Shown here in pieces: positions 61,085-64,000 of a stretch of 64,000 bases of DNA. Below the pieces are notes generated by a model. That model saw only the letters and a program-made list of their open reading frames with translations, made no database searches and had not been told where the DNA came from. Numbering within the stretch: the stretch's first letter is position 1; each line of letters opens with the position of its first letter. Source of the stretch: an uncultured bacterium (lineage in GTDB: Bacteria; Fidelibacterota; Marinisomatia; Marinisomatales; Marinisomataceae); the NCBI GenBank assembly GCA_943841495.1, contig CALSYL010000003.1, positions 16,915 through 80,914 on the forward strand. Reading direction: 5' to 3'. The position numbers were made by a program, and so were the translations under genes.

Positions 61085-62004
61085 TATTTAGAATTCTGAT
61101 AAATGGTAGCAAGTAGTGCACTTGCGATATAAATACTTGAGTATGTTCCAATAATCACACCCACTAGCATTGTAAATGAAAATGGTCTAATAACTTCTCC
61201 ACCGTAAACAAGTAAAACAAGAATTACTAATAATGTTGTTAAAGAGGTTATTAATGTTCGACTTAATGATTGATTAATGCTTTTATTAATAGTTGATTCA
61301 AACATTACAGTCCCTGAAGATTTCATATTTTCTCTAATTCTATCAAGTATAACGATTGTATCATTCAGTGAATATCCTACAATAGTCAAGAAAGCTGCTA
61401 CTGTGCTTAACGTAATTTCAAAACCGGTGAGAGAAAAAATTCCTAACGTTATAACAACATCATGCACCAAGGCTAAAATTGCTCCAAGAGCAAATCTAAA
61501 TTCGAATCGAACAGAAATATAAAATAATATAAGAACAAGCGCTGAAATTACTGACCAAAAAGCTTTTCCACTTAGCTCTGATCCGACTTTAGGACTTACT
61601 GAACCAAGAGATAAAATAAAATCATTTTTGTTATCCGGGGCTTTGTTAGTTAAGGAACTATATAAATGATTGATTATAACCTGACCAAAATTTTCCGGTT
61701 CATTTTCAAGCGTTTTAATCTTAATCATTACATCGCTTTTACTACCAAAATATTTAATTTCCTCTGCACTTAAATCAAAGTTGATATCGTTTACAGATAC
61801 TGTTTTTAATGAATTTCTAACTTCTTCAATTGTTATCTCTTCAGAAAAACTGACTCCAATAGCAGTTCCACCCTTAAAGTCTATTCCTAGATTTACACCC
61901 ATTAAAAGCAATATTACAGAACCTAGAGCCATTGCAGAAGATAATCCAAACCCGAAGGTTTTAAATTTCATAAAATTGATTTTAGTATTTTCCATAAACT
62001 TCAT
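61084..62004 (-). CDS. secF: Protein translocase subunit SecF
   Basis: LGIDFKGG, VHDV, GYSLNDTIVILDRIRE, GTYSSIYIA. Confidence 0.96.
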   Translation of the reverse strand: MKFMENTKINFMKFKTFGFGLSSAMALGSVILLLMGVNLGIDFKGGTAIGVSFSEEITIEEVRNSLKTVSVNDINFDLSAEEIKYFGSKSDVMIKIKTLENEPENFGQVIINHLYSSLTNKAPDNKNDFILSLGSVSPKVGSELSGKAFWSVISALVLILFYISVRFEFRFALGAILALVHDVVITLGIFSLTGFEITLSTVAAFLTIVGYSLNDTIVILDRIRENMKSSGTVMFESTINKSINQSLSRTLITSLTTLLVILVLLVYGGEVIRPFSFTMLVGVIIGTYSSIYIASALLATIYQNSK

Positions 62005-62006
62005 AA

Positions 62007-63806
62007 TTATATACTCAGCTTTTCAATATTTTTTCTAGATGTAACAAAGTCAAAAACAAATCTCGTGACAATTATTGCAGTAAACATGCTAACAATAATT
62101 CCCCAAAATAATACAGTTGCAAAACCCTTAATCGGACCGCTACCATATTGATATAAAACAGCTGCAGCTATTCCTGTAGTTAAATTAGCATCAACAATTG
62201 TTGTGATTGCTCTTTCGTAGCCTGAGTCAATAGCAGATCTAACAGATTTACCATTTCTTAGTTCTTCTTTTATTCTTTCAAAAATAATAACATTAGCATC
62301 TACAGACATACCAACAGTTAATATTAATCCAGCAATTCCAGGAAGTGTTAAAGTCGCTTCAAGTAAAGCAAGAACACCTAGAAGTAAAATCAATGTCCAC
62401 ATAACTGAAAAACTAGCAATAAGACCAGACATTTTATAAAAGAGAACAATAAAGATAACAACAAGTAATAAACCGATACCCATTGAAAGTGTTCCCTTGG
62501 AAACAGAGTCTGCACCTAATGATGCACCAACAGTTCGTTCTTCTGCAATAGTAACAGGAACTGGAAGAGCACCAGCTCTTAATACAATTGCTATATCTTC
62601 AGCTTCTTCAATAGAGTCTAAACCTTCAATGACAGTTCCTCCACCAAAAATTTGACTTCTAATTACAGGAGCCATATGTACTTTTCTATCTAAAACAATT
62701 GCAATTCTATTGTTGATATTAGCACCAGTAATTCTAGCCCATTCTCTGGAACCTTCAGTATTCATTTCAACTTCAACAACTGCTTGTCCAGCTGTTACGC
62801 CTGCTTGACTTAATCTCATTTGAGCATCTTCTATAACACCGCCTGTTAATTCTGCATTATTGAACAAATGATATAACGTATAAAATTCTTCTTCTTCTCC
62901 AATTTCATTGACCAGAACAATTGGTGAATTGCTAGTTAAAATAGTGCTATTTGTAGCATCTAAAATTTGCTTAACGTTATCTTGAGACAAAATATCCTTA
63001 TAAGAGACTAAATTTTTGGATGAGATGGCTAGATTTCCTCCAACAGATATTAACAATGAAGAAAAGTTAAATTCACCTGAGTTTGTTGCATCAAATAGTT
63101 CATTAATTTCGTTTTCATTATTATTTAAAACTTTTTCATTTGATGTTGAAGTAATACTATCTAGCTGTCTAATTAAAGCATTAGTGCTTTCAATATCTTT
63201 AACAATCATTAGCTCTAAAAGCGCAGTACTCTGTAAAAGATCTCTTGCTCTTTCGGAATCTTGAATCCCAGCAAGTTCTACAATAACACGATTGTTTCCT
63301 TGTTTTTGAATAGTTGGCTCAGCAACGCCAAATTGATCAACACGATTTTGAAGAATTTCAATAACTCTTCTTATTGAATCTTCTGATTGAAGCGAGAGTT
63401 GAGCAATAATTTGTTCTTTAGTTTTACCATAATTGATAAAATATCTTGGCAATTTTAAATCTTTTGTATCTGCTAATTGTTCAAAAACTGTAAAGAAGTC
63501 GCCGGAACTACTATTATATTCATTTTTTAGTTCATCAAGAAATAAGTCAAAATTTTTATCTTTATTCTTTGCAAGATTGTTAACTAATTGAGGTAAATCA
63601 ACCTCAAGAACTATATAAATTCCACCTTTTAGATCTAATCCTTGTTTGATAGTTTTTGCATCATAATAGTCAGCTTCTTCCTGTGAAAGGTTAGAAATTT
63701 TTTCATCACTAAGCATAGCATAGCGTAACGATGGGAAGAGGGCATAAATCCCCAATCCAAAAACAAAAAGGATTGTTAATAATCTATTTCTTATTGAATT
63801 ATCCAT
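62007..63806 (-). CDS. secD: Protein translocase subunit SecD
   Basis: GLDLKGG, NRVDQFGVAEP, LRAGALP, GMSVDANVIIFERIKEE, GPIKGFA. Confidence 0.97.
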   Translation of the reverse strand: MDNSIRNRLLTILFVFGLGIYALFPSLRYAMLSDEKISNLSQEEADYYDAKTIKQGLDLKGGIYIVLEVDLPQLVNNLAKNKDKNFDLFLDELKNEYNSSSGDFFTVFEQLADTKDLKLPRYFINYGKTKEQIIAQLSLQSEDSIRRVIEILQNRVDQFGVAEPTIQKQGNNRVIVELAGIQDSERARDLLQSTALLELMIVKDIESTNALIRQLDSITSTSNEKVLNNNENEINELFDATNSGEFNFSSLLISVGGNLAISSKNLVSYKDILSQDNVKQILDATNSTILTSNSPIVLVNEIGEEEEFYTLYHLFNNAELTGGVIEDAQMRLSQAGVTAGQAVVEVEMNTEGSREWARITGANINNRIAIVLDRKVHMAPVIRSQIFGGGTVIEGLDSIEEAEDIAIVLRAGALPVPVTIAEERTVGASLGADSVSKGTLSMGIGLLLVVIFIVLFYKMSGLIASFSVMWTLILLLGVLALLEATLTLPGIAGLILTVGMSVDANVIIFERIKEELRNGKSVRSAIDSGYERAITTIVDANLTTGIAAAVLYQYGSGPIKGFATVLFWGIIVSMFTAIIVTRFVFDFVTSRKNIEKLSI

Positions 63807-63850
63807 AAGTGAGTGAATTTAATACATTAAGTGCTTTTTTCACTAATTTT

Positions 63851-64000
63851 TTAAATAATATTTAAGGACTTTCCACAATCATGAAATGCTTCTACAGCAT
63901 AATCTAATTGTTGTTGAGTATGCAGAGATGAGAGTTGCACCCTAATTCTTGCTTGATCTTTTGGTACAACAGGGAAAGAAAATGGTATGACATAAATATT
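63851..64000 (-). CDS. kbl: C-terminus of glycine C-acetyltransferase (class II PLP aminotransferase family), partial
   Basis: Manual translation NIYVIPFSFPVVPKDQARIRVQLSSLHTQQQLDYAVEAFHDCGKSLNII-stop. Confidence 0.8.
   Translation of the reverse strand, partial: NIYVIPFSFPVVPKDQARIRVQLSSLHTQQQLDYAVEAFHDCGKSLNII

Overview
A low-GC, tightly packed bacterial chromosome segment with many overlapping start/stop codons. Gene content and order (DUF2723, DUF4835, DUF1844, zinc-ribbon gene near rnpB, peptidase-Omp85 fusion, kdsB-pyrG-kdsA-kdsC-lptC-lptB-rpoN) suggest a streamlined FCB-group organism, most plausibly marine Candidatus Marinimicrobia (inference, not verified). About 5.8-53.9 kb and 59.5-64 kb is housekeeping and envelope genes (fabH, ybeY, mazG, holB, metG, rsmA, rpsU, valS, recG, cca, a MacAB-TolC-type exporter, gatC, KDO/LPS genes, rpoN, argF, tgt, secDF). 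RNA genes: RNase P RNA, tRNA-Asn(GTT), tRNA-Arg(TCT), and a SAM-II/SAM-V-like riboswitch with a terminator/antiterminator ahead of metH. Two accessory areas stand out. (1) 2.4-5.3 kb: a Rieske + metallo-beta-lactamase (CMP-Neu5Ac hydroxylase-like) + DUF1858 fusion divergent from a SAM methyltransferase. (2) 54-59 kb: a TonB-receptor remnant, then a cassette between convergent tRNAs with a broken PiT-like permease and a beta-propeller phytase. Other highlights: a 75-aa tandem-repeat basic protein with strong expression signals (candidate nucleoid protein), a TMEM260-like GT-C glycosyltransferase, and loss of structural zinc ligands in several core enzymes. Single-base indels cluster at 1-5.3 kb and 49.5-56.8 kb, so many frameshifts may be sequencing errors. 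All family assignments come from motif recognition by eye; no database search was run. No CRISPR array, rRNA, integrase or IS element was seen.
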